Shown one piece after another: positions 8,943-18,829 of a DNA stretch of 37,541 nt. The notes below the pieces were generated by a model. That model saw only the letters and a list, made by a program, of their open reading frames with translations. It was not told where the DNA came from and ran no database searches. Origin of the DNA: a virus (lineage: Duplodnaviria > Caudoviricetes); the IMG/VR virus record IMGVR_UViG_3300036713_000695, positions 1-37,541 of that record, one strand, 5' to 3'. Every line of letters starts with the position of its first letter. The first letter of the stretch is position 1. Made by a program: the position numbers and the translations under genes.

Positions 8943-10642
8943 TGGCTGCGCAACCCTCCTTTTTAGGTATTTCTGCGACCCAGCCAGACCTGGCTCCGTT
9001 AATCAGTTCGGACTTGGACGGGCATGCGTTTCAGGCATGGCCTGACGTAGACTACGAAAAGATCAGTATCGGCTTGTCTGATGGAGCGCCAACGGATAAC
9101 TTGCCTATCCTCCAATTGGCCAGAAGCAGATCCGGAGACGGACCGGCCCCAAGCTTCAAGCAAGATTATTACGACCGCATCCATTTGATCCCTACCAGTA
9201 TCTCGCTAGGTAACCTGACCTCGGACCAGCTTTTCGACGTCGAGGTCTGGAATGCTTATTTCGTCCCTCAGAACCTGGCCTCTATCACCGTTTATGCCGG
9301 CGACGGGTTGGCCCTGACCCCGCCTATCGTCGCCCCTACAATTTACGGCGCACTCGAGTCCAGGATGCACACACTGGCCGCTTACTTGTCAGGTCCTCCG
9401 GTCATCGATGCCAGCTATACCTTCGACTTCCCCAGTGAGGATCCGGTACTGACTGTGACAGGCGACCGGGTAGCCTCCTGGCCATTCCAGCCGGACTGGT
9501 CTGACCCGGTCGTAGAACGCCTGTCTTGGCTTACGGATATCCTAGAGGCGTATAACGGGACAGAGCAGGCCATAGAGCTGAGGTCTATCCCCAGAAAGGC
9601 TTTCAGTTTCAGCACGACGCTATTCTACGACGACCGGCAGCATTTGGACGCGCTTCTGTGGGATTGGCAGGCCCGTCTGTTTTTGCTGCCTACCTACAGT
9701 GACCCGGGGGTATTGGAAACAGCCATCTCAATAGACGATGTGGACATCTACGTCGAAACAGCGGACATGGATTACCGAGTGGGTGGGTATGTCATATTGC
9801 AAATTGACGATATTCAAACTGAGGCCGGCAAGATTGCAGCTGTGGAATCCTGGGGTGTCACGGTGGAATCCGGGTTACGCAGTGTCTGGCCAGCAGGGAC
9901 TACTGTTTGGCCTGCTTCTCTGGCCAGATTAAAGGATACCCAGGCAGTGGATTCGTTTGCCCCTGCCATGGATAAGATTGCACTGCAGTTTGACTTGGAA
10001 GACACGGCTAACGTCACCGCAGTGGACAGCCCTACTACCTACCGTGGGTACCCTGTGTTGGAAGAGCTACCCAACTGGCGGGACGATATCAGCTTTGAGT
10101 ACAAGCGAGTCCTGCAGCGCGTCGATAACCAGACAGGCGTCATCAGTGTGAACGACACCCGCACCCGCCCTATTACTGTCCAGGAGTATCTGTGGACCAG
10201 GATAGGCCGGACGGCTATCTCTTCCCTGCGGGCCTGGTTCCACGCCAGAAAGGGGCGGCTGAATCCTATCTGGGTACCGACCTTCAGATCGGATATCACA
10301 CTGGTAGAGAAAGTGTTTTCTACTCAGGCCATAATGAAGGTCAAACGGTTTGAGTATTATCGCTACCTGACGCAGCAGAATGGGCGGAAGGATATTGTTA
10401 TCTGGTTACACGGCAATACCAGAATCTATCGGCGGATCAATACCTCAAGTGTAATAGACGCGGAAACAGAAGAGTTGGTACTCTCATCTACCATGGGGCA
10501 GGACGTGGAACCGTCCCAGGTCATAATGATCAGCTTCTTGCAGTTCAGTAGGCTAGAAGCGGATTCTGTGGAGTTTGCTTGGTTGAATCCCCGTCTGTTG
10601 GAGTGCAAGCATATGGTGAGGGGTTTGCCAGATGACGTATAA
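8942..10642 (+). CDS. Virion structural/distal tail-related protein (566 aa)
   Basis: DYYDRIHLIP, VWNAYF, PDWSDPVVERLSWLTDIL and KGRLNPIWVPT motifs. TAATG translational coupling to the upstream gene. Confidence 0.8.
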   Translation: MAAQPSFLGISATQPDLAPLISSDLDGHAFQAWPDVDYEKISIGLSDGAPTDNLPILQLARSRSGDGPAPSFKQDYYDRIHLIPTSISLGNLTSDQLFDVEVWNAYFVPQNLASITVYAGDGLALTPPIVAPTIYGALESRMHTLAAYLSGPPVIDASYTFDFPSEDPVLTVTGDRVASWPFQPDWSDPVVERLSWLTDILEAYNGTEQAIELRSIPRKAFSFSTTLFYDDRQHLDALLWDWQARLFLLPTYSDPGVLETAISIDDVDIYVETADMDYRVGGYVILQIDDIQTEAGKIAAVESWGVTVESGLRSVWPAGTTVWPASLARLKDTQAVDSFAPAMDKIALQFDLEDTANVTAVDSPTTYRGYPVLEELPNWRDDISFEYKRVLQRVDNQTGVISVNDTRTRPITVQEYLWTRIGRTAISSLRAWFHARKGRLNPIWVPTFRSDITLVEKVFSTQAIMKVKRFEYYRYLTQQNGRKDIVIWLHGNTRIYRRINTSSVIDAETEELVLSSTMGQDVEPSQVIMISFLQFSRLEADSVEFAWLNPRLLECKHMVRGLPDDV

Positions 10643-11450
10643 CGCCCAAGAGGTATCCCAGCGCGGCGGGTCACCGATCGAGTTCTACCTGTGGACTAGA
10701 GGACTGGTGACGTGGACGTATACCAGTGCCGATGCGCCAGTTACGCATTTGGCGCAAGTGTATGCGCCGGCACCGATCAGCAGGCCGGTAATAGAGGACA
10801 GCGCTGAACTTAATCAGACCACCTTGCAGATCAAGGCCCCTCGGGACTTTGTGGTATCAAATCAGTTTATTGCCTACCCGCCGGGAGAAGTCGTTACTTT
10901 AAAGATATTCAGACAACACCGGACGGACGGAGGCAACGAGGTTAAAACCATCTGGATTGGTAGAGTGCTGTCAGCGCAGTGGGAAGGCGAATATAGCATC
11001 CTACACTGCGAACCTATCTCTACCAGCATGAAGCGTACGGGATTGCGGCGGAGATACGGCAGGCAGTGTGAGCACGTCCTGTACGGCACGGATTGCAAGG
11101 TAGTTCCCGCTACCTACAGGGTCCAAGGCACTATTGCCGCCATTTCGGGAAACCTGGCAACCATAGCGGCAGCAGCCGGAGAAGCTGACGGCTATTTTAA
11201 TGGTGGGTTTCTATGGTGGCAGCTGCCGGACGGCAGGAAGGAAGCCAGGATGATCATTGACCATACAGGGGATCAAATTACCTTATCGGCTCCCATGCAG
11301 CAAGTACAGGTAGGTGACGATATAGAACTGTACCCGGGCTGCAACCATACTATCGAACAATGCGATGCAAGGTACGGCAACAAGGATAATAACGGAGGGT
11401 TTATGTTCTCCCCAGACGTTAATCCCTTTGGCGGTAAAACCCTGTATTAG
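10632..11450 (+). CDS. Tail tip/hub protein, BR0599/DUF2163-like (lambda gpL-like Cys cluster)
   Basis: C-x8-C (QCEHVLYGTDC) plus PGCNHTIEQC and DGYFNGG motifs; position in the tail-tip cassette. Confidence 0.85.
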   Translation: MTYNAQEVSQRGGSPIEFYLWTRGLVTWTYTSADAPVTHLAQVYAPAPISRPVIEDSAELNQTTLQIKAPRDFVVSNQFIAYPPGEVVTLKIFRQHRTDGGNEVKTIWIGRVLSAQWEGEYSILHCEPISTSMKRTGLRRRYGRQCEHVLYGTDCKVVPATYRVQGTIAAISGNLATIAAAAGEADGYFNGGFLWWQLPDGRKEARMIIDHTGDQITLSAPMQQVQVGDDIELYPGCNHTIEQCDARYGNKDNNGGFMFSPDVNPFGGKTLY

Positions 11451-11458
11451 GAGGACTC

Positions 11459-11689
11459 ATGTGGTTCCAACTTGTTGTTATTCTCGTATCTGCCCTTCTG
11501 TCCTACCTGCTTAAGCCGAAGCCGGAGCAACCTAAGCCTGCGTCTTTGACTGATTTTACTTTGCCGACTGCGGAGGCTGGCCGGCCGGTCCCGGTTATAT
11601 TTGGACGGCCCAGAATTAAGGGAGCAAATGTGATCTGGTATGGTGACTTAGGTACGCGGCCGATCAAGACTAAGAGTGGTAAAAAATGA
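11459..11689 (+). CDS. Small tail assembly/virion protein (76 aa)
   Basis: Strong SD (AGGAGG), hydrophobic N-terminus, PTAEAGRPVPVIFG...NVIWYGD motif. Confidence 0.8.
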   Translation: MWFQLVVILVSALLSYLLKPKPEQPKPASLTDFTLPTAEAGRPVPVIFGRPRIKGANVIWYGDLGTRPIKTKSGKK

Positions 11690-11877
11690 AGGACCCTCTT
11701 GTGACTCTGTCTGACATGCGGGGAATGAAATATTGCAACCCCGGGGCCAGGTTATGGTTTAAGCGGTATGGGTTAGACTGGAACGTATTCAGGAAAGAAG
11801 GACTTCCTGCGTCCGTGCTTGAACAGACAGGTGATGCCATGGCCATCCGGTTGTGCGACGAGGTGAGACGTGGGTAA
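11686..11877 (+). CDS. Small tail-associated protein (63 aa)
   Basis: YCNPGARLWFKRYGLDW...GDAMA motif typical of this cassette; ATGA overlap with the upstream gene. Confidence 0.75.
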   Translation: MKDPLVTLSDMRGMKYCNPGARLWFKRYGLDWNVFRKEGLPASVLEQTGDAMAIRLCDEVRRG

Positions 11878-14800
11878 AAGTAGTAAGGTCACAGTAGGTT
11901 TTAAATATTATCTCGGAGTCCATCTTGCCCTTGGCTACAGAGTGGATGCCGTCACCCGATTCACTGTAGACGATAGAGTGGCATGGACAGGTAGCGTTTC
12001 TTCTGGAGACATCACTGTCAATGCGCCTGAGTTGTTCGGAGGTAAATCCAGAGAGGGTGGAGTATCTGGAACGATTACGGTTATGGACGGTAACCCGTCT
12101 CAGACTGCAGATCCCTATTTGGTAGAGCACCTCGGCAGCCTGGTGCCGGGCTACCGAGGGATCTGCAGTCTCCTTTACAAGCACTTCTATATAGGGAATA
12201 ACCCTTACGTTAAGGCCATGGCCTGGGATGTGATACGCACAGATATCCTGACAGATGGGTCTGCCCAATGGAACGTCAGCAAAGCGCGTATAGACGGGGG
12301 TGACTTAAACGCCGCCCATATCATACGCGAATGCCTTACCAATTCAGACTGGGGTATGGATTACCCTACCTCGATCATAGACGACACCGCGTTTACTGCA
12401 TCGGCCGCTACCCTTTACGACGAAGGTTTTGGCCTCACTATGTTGTGGAACCAGCAGGAGTCAATTGAGGAATTTGTCCAACGTCTGCTGGATCATATCA
12501 ACGGCGTACTTAGGGAAGACCCTACTACCGGGGACATCGGCCTATACCTGATCAGGGACGATTACACTCCCGGTAATTTACCGCTGCTGGACGAGTCGAA
12601 TGTGATTACCCTGGAGAGCTTTGAACGGAGAGCCTGGGGCGAGACGGTCAACGAAGTAACTGTTACCTACCACGACGTCGTCACCGATACAGACCTGCCT
12701 GTCACGGTACAAGACATCGGCAATATACAGATTCAAGGCGCGATCGTTAACCAGTCTAAGCAATACCCTGGCATTCCCAATGCGGACCTGGCACTGCGGG
12801 TAGCCATGCGGGATCTGCGCGCCATGTCTTCTCCCTTGAGCAAGATCAGTATCTTGGTCAATCGGGAATCCTGGGCCTTCCGCCGGGCAGACGTATTTCG
12901 ATTCAGTTGGGCGCAACAAGGGCTTGTTGAGGTGGTCTACCGGATAGTTTCTATCACAGACGGTACCCTGACAGACGGGAAGATCAAGATCACCGCGGTA
13001 GAGGATGTCTGGGGCCTGCCAACCAGTACCTATGTCTCTCCCCAAGCCACGGGCTGGACCCTACCCAATAACATACCAGCCCCGGCCATCTACCAACAGT
13101 TGGTAGAAGCCAGTTATTGGGATGTGCAGCAGAATGTGAGTCAGGCAGACATTGCCACTTTTGGCCCTGACTTTGGATTTTTGGTAGCCCAGGCAGTTCA
13201 GCCATCGGGGGATGCCTTTCACTATGAGATGTGGGTACGGAACGGAGCAGCGCCGTATGAGGAGACCGACACCGGTTCCTTCTGCCCGACGGCCCAGCTT
13301 GACGGAGCCCTAGATCAGGGCACTTCCGGGCTGGTCGACGTCGTTGTTCCAGTAAAGAATGCCGACTACCTGGACGATATATTGGTAGATACCTTTGCGT
13401 ATATCGGTACCGAGATTGTGGCTATCAAATCCATAAATCTCGGTACTCCAAGCGTCACGATAGACAGAGGCGTACTGGATTCTGTACCTGTAGCGCATGC
13501 CGACGAAGCGCGTATTTGGTTTGCGGATCAAAACCAAGGCTTCGACAGGACGGAGCGAGTAGATGCTGAGAGCGTGGACGCTAAGCTTTTGCCCGTTACA
13601 GGGCTGGGGACGTTGGCCCTCGGCAGCGCAACGAACCTGAACCTGGTTCTGGATAACCGGTACCAGCGGCCTTATCCACCAGGCAACGTGAAGTTTAATG
13701 GTGATGCTTACCCTGCGACAATCAGCGGGAATTTAACCCTTACCTGGTCCCATAGGGACCGTACTCTGCAGACGGCATACCTTAATGATCAGACAGAAGT
13801 CGACATAGGACCGGAAGTGGGGACAACCTACAACCTGCGGGTTTACGGGGACGGGGACGTTCAGTTTGTCGATGAGACTGGCCTTACAGGTACCAGTTAC
13901 GAGGTAATAGAAGCCGTTTTTCCTTTGCAGGATTTTATCTTGAATACATGGCAGCCCTCGGCGACATCTTCGAGCTTTTATAACTGCAACGATTACCTAG
14001 CCGGAACCCAGATAGAAGACTACCTCGGCAGCTGGAACCGAACGTTATATGGCGGCGCGGTCCATTCAGACGTTCTGCTTTCCAAGGAGAGTCTGAAAAG
14101 TGTCAGCCTCCCCGGGGTTGGTTCCTATATCGGTCAGAGCGACATGGACTATGCCAGCACAAGCGATACCTCGGTATTTGCCATCGTTCAGTTTGATACT
14201 GACCTCACCGGTACCCGCTGCATCGTTCAGGACGGAGGCAGCACTAGGGGGTTTTACTTCGGCCTGCATGGCGGTAATTTCGGCGTATGGATCATGGACT
14301 CCACCAACGGAAACAAGACAGGGACGGTTACTGCGTCTACCTATATAAACGCGGACGAACCCGTCGCGCTGGGTTGTTGTGTGGATGGGGGGTCAGGCTG
14401 GATTAGGCTCTATGTGAATGGGGTGAAGGTTTACGAAGACTTAAGCGTCGGCACTTTCGACAATTACAACGGCACGAACGGCACGAGCTACGGAGGGTGC
14501 TACGCCCAATTGTCCATAGACGGTACATCGGCCCCAATAGGAGGGATGATCGGAATCATCGATACCTTATTTTTTGCCAAGTTCAGCGGGGTAGAGGTAC
14601 AGGCATATCAGGAAGACGAATTCTGGAACCTGACCCTGCTGAATACCCTTGACTATGAAACAGAGGTGGCAGCAGATAGTCCTTATGTCAGACTGAAGAT
14701 GGATGAGGCAAGCGGCACCTTAACGAATTCTATCGGAGCTTATGGGCATGCAACTCCATTTGGCACTGTGACGTATGAGGTAAGCGGCTTAGTGTTTGGG

Positions 14801-15427
14801 GCAGGTACTGCAATCAGCTTAGGTACCACGGCTTACCTGCAGAACAATGACTGGGCAGACTACCTAAGCAGCGCGGCTACTGGGTTCACTGTTGCTGTTA
14901 AGGCTACCTATCCAGACTCGCCTTCTGGACTGGTTTGTTGGTTTGGCATCAACCAGAATGACGCCAGCCGGACGAACCGGCTATTGATAGGGGTTAATTC
15001 AGGGGACAATGGTAAGGCTTATTTGAATGTAGCAAACGCGGCATTCACCGGGTCCGGTACGACGGTATTCAGCCCTGGAGACAGTCTTCACTTCTTTTTC
15101 ACCTATGACAAGGTAAGCGGAGACTTCGCTCTATACGTAAATGACGTACTGGAAATTAGCGGGACTCAGGCACTGACTGTAGCCGCTACAGATTACGCAT
15201 TTATAGGGGCAGAAGCAGATACTGGAGGGGCAATGGGAAATTACTGGGCTTCCACGTTGGATGAGTTTCTATTGTTTCAGACAGAACTTACACCTGCCAG
15301 GATTTCCGTACTCACGACAGCTGCGGAGACCTTACCAAAGTTAAATTCTACAATACGAGTGGAATTGGAATCAGTGAGGGACACGCTGACATCACGGCAG
15401 ATGCACGATATCAGCGTGTCCCGGTAG
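11870..15427 (+). CDS. Central tail-tip/host-specificity protein with two LamG/concanavalin A-like domains (1185 aa)
   Basis: GTG start with GAGG SD. N-terminal VGFKYYLG, ELFGGKSREGG and NAAHIIRECLTNSDWGM motifs; PYPPGNV...LTWSHRDR. Lectin-like repeats contain IRLYVNG, FALYVND and LDEFLLF. Confidence 0.9.
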   Translation: MGKSSKVTVGFKYYLGVHLALGYRVDAVTRFTVDDRVAWTGSVSSGDITVNAPELFGGKSREGGVSGTITVMDGNPSQTADPYLVEHLGSLVPGYRGICSLLYKHFYIGNNPYVKAMAWDVIRTDILTDGSAQWNVSKARIDGGDLNAAHIIRECLTNSDWGMDYPTSIIDDTAFTASAATLYDEGFGLTMLWNQQESIEEFVQRLLDHINGVLREDPTTGDIGLYLIRDDYTPGNLPLLDESNVITLESFERRAWGETVNEVTVTYHDVVTDTDLPVTVQDIGNIQIQGAIVNQSKQYPGIPNADLALRVAMRDLRAMSSPLSKISILVNRESWAFRRADVFRFSWAQQGLVEVVYRIVSITDGTLTDGKIKITAVEDVWGLPTSTYVSPQATGWTLPNNIPAPAIYQQLVEASYWDVQQNVSQADIATFGPDFGFLVAQAVQPSGDAFHYEMWVRNGAAPYEETDTGSFCPTAQLDGALDQGTSGLVDVVVPVKNADYLDDILVDTFAYIGTEIVAIKSINLGTPSVTIDRGVLDSVPVAHADEARIWFADQNQGFDRTERVDAESVDAKLLPVTGLGTLALGSATNLNLVLDNRYQRPYPPGNVKFNGDAYPATISGNLTLTWSHRDRTLQTAYLNDQTEVDIGPEVGTTYNLRVYGDGDVQFVDETGLTGTSYEVIEAVFPLQDFILNTWQPSATSSSFYNCNDYLAGTQIEDYLGSWNRTLYGGAVHSDVLLSKESLKSVSLPGVGSYIGQSDMDYASTSDTSVFAIVQFDTDLTGTRCIVQDGGSTRGFYFGLHGGNFGVWIMDSTNGNKTGTVTASTYINADEPVALGCCVDGGSGWIRLYVNGVKVYEDLSVGTFDNYNGTNGTSYGGCYAQLSIDGTSAPIGGMIGIIDTLFFAKFSGVEVQAYQEDEFWNLTLLNTLDYETEVAADSPYVRLKMDEASGTLTNSIGAYGHATPFGTVTYEVSGLVFGAGTAISLGTTAYLQNNDWADYLSSAATGFTVAVKATYPDSPSGLVCWFGINQNDASRTNRLLIGVNSGDNGKAYLNVANAAFTGSGTTVFSPGDSLHFFFTYDKVSGDFALYVNDVLEISGTQALTVAATDYAFIGAEADTGGAMGNYWASTLDEFLLFQTELTPARISVLTTAAETLPKLNSTIRVELESVRDTLTSRQMHDISVSR

Positions 15428-15428
15428 G

Positions 15429-15623
15429 TTAGTCTAGTAGGATTCTAATCTCTGGGATGACAATGGCAGGTGCCTTACCTAAGTCAATTGGCTCTGTCGT
15501 CACGGTTGTAACACTCACGCCCGTAGGGCAGATTCCGGTAGCTGCTTGGAAAGCACGTAGCTCCATCTCCATGGACTGCCTGATAGCTTCTTCTGCTGCG
15601 GCTTTGCGTTCTCTAAAGTTCAT
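15429..15623 (-). CDS. Hypothetical protein (64 aa)
   Basis: Fills the gap after the SbcC-like gene, starting 4 nt beyond its stop, with a purine-rich upstream sequence. Confidence 0.6.
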   Translation of the reverse strand: MNFRERKAAAEEAIRQSMEMELRAFQAATGICPTGVSVTTVTTEPIDLGKAPAIVIPEIRILLD

Positions 15624-15627
15624 TTAT

Positions 15628-17775
15628 TCACCCCCCAAGTTGAACCACATTAGCCTCAACAGCCAGGTCTTCCTGGTTGTGAGTAACCCCAATCACCTGC
15701 AGCCCGCACCCGCCAAGGTATTTCATCAGCGCGGCGGAGTGCACCGCATCCATATCTGAAGTCGCCTCGTCCAGCAGAATGAAGTCCACGCCACAGGGTA
15801 GAGACTTCGCCAGTGCCATCTTGAGACCGATCCCGATAATCGATTTCTGAGAGCCTGAGGCAGCCGCCAGGGGCCGGAATTTATCTGACCCTTCTTCCCT
15901 GTACCTGAACGCACCTTCAATGCGGGATAGCTCCTGCAGTACGCCACCGGTGGTCACTTTCATCACCTCAGAAGAGAAAGCCAGTACCCGGTTCCAGACC
16001 CCTTCGAGAAACCGGGCCCGGTTGTCTTTCAAGAACTCCCTCAGGCGGCCTAGCCCGGCATCCTTGTTAGTCAGCTTGGCAACGCGCTCCAGTCTCAACT
16101 GCTCCTTATCCAGGTCAGCCTTTACTCGGTGCAGTGTGTTCTGAAGTGTGGATACTTCGACTGACAGTTGGCTGACTGAGTTACTGGCTGATCGGTACAG
16201 GCGAACGGTTGTCTGCCGCTCCTCCAGGATAGTGGCAGAAGGGGGCTGCTCACCCAAAGTAGTTCGCTGCTCCTTGTAGTTCTCAAGGGAGGCCATGGTC
16301 GCCTGGATGTCGGCGTCAATCCTGCTGTGGAAGTCAGCGCAATAGACCCAGGCCTTATGCAGCTGCTCCAGATCCTGCAACCGGTCTTTCAATGTGTCTA
16401 CCTTAGCCAGGGATTCCTGAAGCGCCTCTTCTGTAACGGTTCCACGTGGAACTTCCTGCAGACCCGCCAAGGCAGTCTTGGCTTCTTTAAGGCTCTGCGT
16501 AGCAGTCTGGTAGCGGTAGGCCGCACGGTCTAACTCAACCGCCTCATTCTGCATAACGACGAAATCTTTCCTCTGCTGATCGAGATCTGACTGAGTCTGC
16601 TGTATCTTGGTATTCAGCGTAGCGACCTCCAACCCAATGGCCTCAAGATCATGATCCCCTTCTTCATATGGCCGGTTGCAGGTAGGGCAGACGCTATCCT
16701 CTAGCATGGAGATCTTGCCATCCCTCTCCGCTGTAATCTCTGCCAGGGTTTTGTTTCGGGCCTGGTACTCGGCGGTATAGGCGTCCAGCTTAGCCCGTAT
16801 GGCCTCGGCTTGGGATTCTGCCTGTGCCTCGCTTGAAGTAGCCTCCAGCTTTTCTTCGCAGCGCGCGACTTCTTCCTGCGCAGATTTAAGCCGGGTGGCG
16901 TAGGCTACACTAGCGCGCCACTGCTCCCTGAGCGCATGGCTCTCTGCCCCGGCTTCCTGCGCGACCAGCCGTGCTTGTTCTACCTGTTCCGCTGTGATCT
17001 CTACCTCCCACGGGACGCCAATCTTGCGCGTCTGCAACGTCTCAAGGTGGGTACCCACAGCCTCAATGCGTTCCTGGGTAGACTCGGCTTCTACAGCCAG
17101 AGAGTAGGCCTTGTCCAGGGCGTCGGTCGCCTGCTCGAGGTCAGCCTTGATCTTTGTCGCCTGCTCCAGTTCTAACTCTTTCAGCTTGAGACTGGTACGG
17201 GCATTGGACTGGTCAGTCAATAGCTCTGCTTTTGATTTGGGGCCAGGCTGCAGAACAGCCAGAGAACCCTTAACCTCAGAACGCATGCGGGAGATGACCT
17301 TCATGTACTCATCCACTTCCTGTACCCCACTGAGAGTCTCGATCAGCCGGTTGACTTCTCCCTCGCCCAGATCGGATACCAGCGCGGCAGTACTCCCTTG
17401 CTCAGCATAGATAATCTTCATCAGGTCTTTGGCCGGCATGCCAAACAGCTGAGTTAACCGTTTATTGACCGCTGTAATCCCTGAGGCAATTGACTCCCCA
17501 CCCTGCAGAAGCTCAGTCCCGCCTGAGTTCTTGGTCCGGACAACTCGGTAGTCTCCCCAGCTTAGGTCTACCTTGGTAGATTTACTCTTCCAACCAAAGG
17601 CTACCTCAGCGCCGCCCGGTACTGCCGCTACCCCACCCAGCGCAAATAAAATAGAGTGCAGTACCGAAGATTTCCCGGAGTAATTGGGACCGACGATATA
17701 GTTCAGCCCGTCCTTCAGAGGGACCGGGAGGTCAGTGTGTTTCTTGAAGCCTTGCAGGTGTAGGTTATGCAACAT
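15628..17775 (-). CDS. sbcC: SbcC/Rad50/gp46-like ATPase (715 aa from the likely ATG at 17775)
   Basis: Walker A GPNYSGKS, long coiled coil with central CPTC zinc hook, signature ASGSQ, Walker B ILLDE and H-loop VTH. Adjacent to a metallophosphoesterase. Confidence 0.92.
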   Translation of the reverse strand: MLHNLHLQGFKKHTDLPVPLKDGLNYIVGPNYSGKSSVLHSILFALGGVAAVPGGAEVAFGWKSKSTKVDLSWGDYRVVRTKNSGGTELLQGGESIASGITAVNKRLTQLFGMPAKDLMKIIYAEQGSTAALVSDLGEGEVNRLIETLSGVQEVDEYMKVISRMRSEVKGSLAVLQPGPKSKAELLTDQSNARTSLKLKELELEQATKIKADLEQATDALDKAYSLAVEAESTQERIEAVGTHLETLQTRKIGVPWEVEITAEQVEQARLVAQEAGAESHALREQWRASVAYATRLKSAQEEVARCEEKLEATSSEAQAESQAEAIRAKLDAYTAEYQARNKTLAEITAERDGKISMLEDSVCPTCNRPYEEGDHDLEAIGLEVATLNTKIQQTQSDLDQQRKDFVVMQNEAVELDRAAYRYQTATQSLKEAKTALAGLQEVPRGTVTEEALQESLAKVDTLKDRLQDLEQLHKAWVYCADFHSRIDADIQATMASLENYKEQRTTLGEQPPSATILEERQTTVRLYRSASNSVSQLSVEVSTLQNTLHRVKADLDKEQLRLERVAKLTNKDAGLGRLREFLKDNRARFLEGVWNRVLAFSSEVMKVTTGGVLQELSRIEGAFRYREEGSDKFRPLAAASGSQKSIIGIGLKMALAKSLPCGVDFILLDEATSDMDAVHSAALMKYLGGCGLQVIGVTHNQEDLAVEANVVQLGG

Positions 17776-18829
17776 TGGATTTGACCTCCTCAAACAGCGT
17801 TTTCATATTGTCATCTGGCATCCTGGCTTGCAGAAACTGACTGAAGGTCTGTGTCTGAGTCAGCTCCGCGGCCTCCGGTATCGAGAGATCACCCGTTACC
17901 AGTTGGGTTTTGTCCCGAAGGGCCAGCAGGTTTGGGAACTCCTCCCAGCACTTCTTCTGCACAGAGGACAGAAAGAAGATTTCATCTGGGCCGACTTCCC
18001 CGGTCAGTGTGATGAACTCTGTCTGGTCTGAAACCATGTCGAACGAATCCAAAGTCAGCGTGTTAACGTCCAGAGACAAGAAATGCTCTCGCTTTCTCCA
18101 GTGGGTATGTGATGTCAGCTCTCCGGTCTCGGTGTCATAGAGCAAGGTTCGCTTGTCGGAGAGGTCGGCGAAGCCGGTGTTGGTCACCGAACCTATGATC
18201 TGTAGCTTGCCCTCGAAGTAGGAGGCAGGGGTATGCATGTGCCCGATCAAGATGGTAAACCCGCAGTCTTCTATGAGAGCCTCGGCATCCTCTTTGCTGA
18301 GGTTCAGCTCTGCTGAGGTCAGCCGGTCAGCCGGATAGTTGTAGTTGCAGTGGAGGAGAAGAAGTTTGTGCGGTGTGGTGTCTGATTTTGCCTCTTCGTA
18401 GGCTTCCTCCAGGGATTGTTCAAATAGCATCTGGGTAGTGACGTGAGGGATGGCGTAGACCGCAGTATTATCGATAAGTCGGAGACTCATGAATTGGGCC
18501 CCGTAATCTGCCTGGATAATTGCGCAGTCAGCAGCCACATGCCTGAGGAACTGTAAAGACCCCATCGAATCTTTGTCATTAATCGTGTCGTGGTTACCTG
18601 CCAGACAGAGACAGCAATGCTCCAGTAGGTTGAAGGCAGGCAACATCGCACCAGGTTCTACCCGATACTTGTCGAACACGTCTCCCAGACAGACGCCAAC
18701 TTCCTCAAACCCTATGACTTTTTGTGCCGTAGACCACGTCCGCGCAGCGATCTCTTTCCTGGAACTGACTGTCGTGTTCTCCTGCCTGTTTACCCCGATA
18801 TGAGGGTCTGAAAAGATTCGCAATTTCAT
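17765..18829 (-). CDS. sbcD: SbcD/Mre11/gp47-like nuclease (354 aa)
   Basis: Phosphoesterase motifs SDPHIG, GDVFD, GNHD and GHMH; overlaps the SbcC-like start. Confidence 0.92.
   Translation of the reverse strand: MKLRIFSDPHIGVNRQENTTVSSRKEIAARTWSTAQKVIGFEEVGVCLGDVFDKYRVEPGAMLPAFNLLEHCCLCLAGNHDTINDKDSMGSLQFLRHVAADCAIIQADYGAQFMSLRLIDNTAVYAIPHVTTQMLFEQSLEEAYEEAKSDTTPHKLLLLHCNYNYPADRLTSAELNLSKEDAEALIEDCGFTILIGHMHTPASYFEGKLQIIGSVTNTGFADLSDKRTLLYDTETGELTSHTHWRKREHFLSLDVNTLTLDSFDMVSDQTEFITLTGEVGPDEIFFLSSVQKKCWEEFPNLLALRDKTQLVTGDLSIPEAAELTQTQTFSQFLQARMPDDNMKTLFEEVKSNVA

Noticed and set aside
13904-15427. Diversity-generating retroelement targeting the tail tip
   Set aside because: No reverse transcriptase and no template/variable repeat pair was seen in the window.
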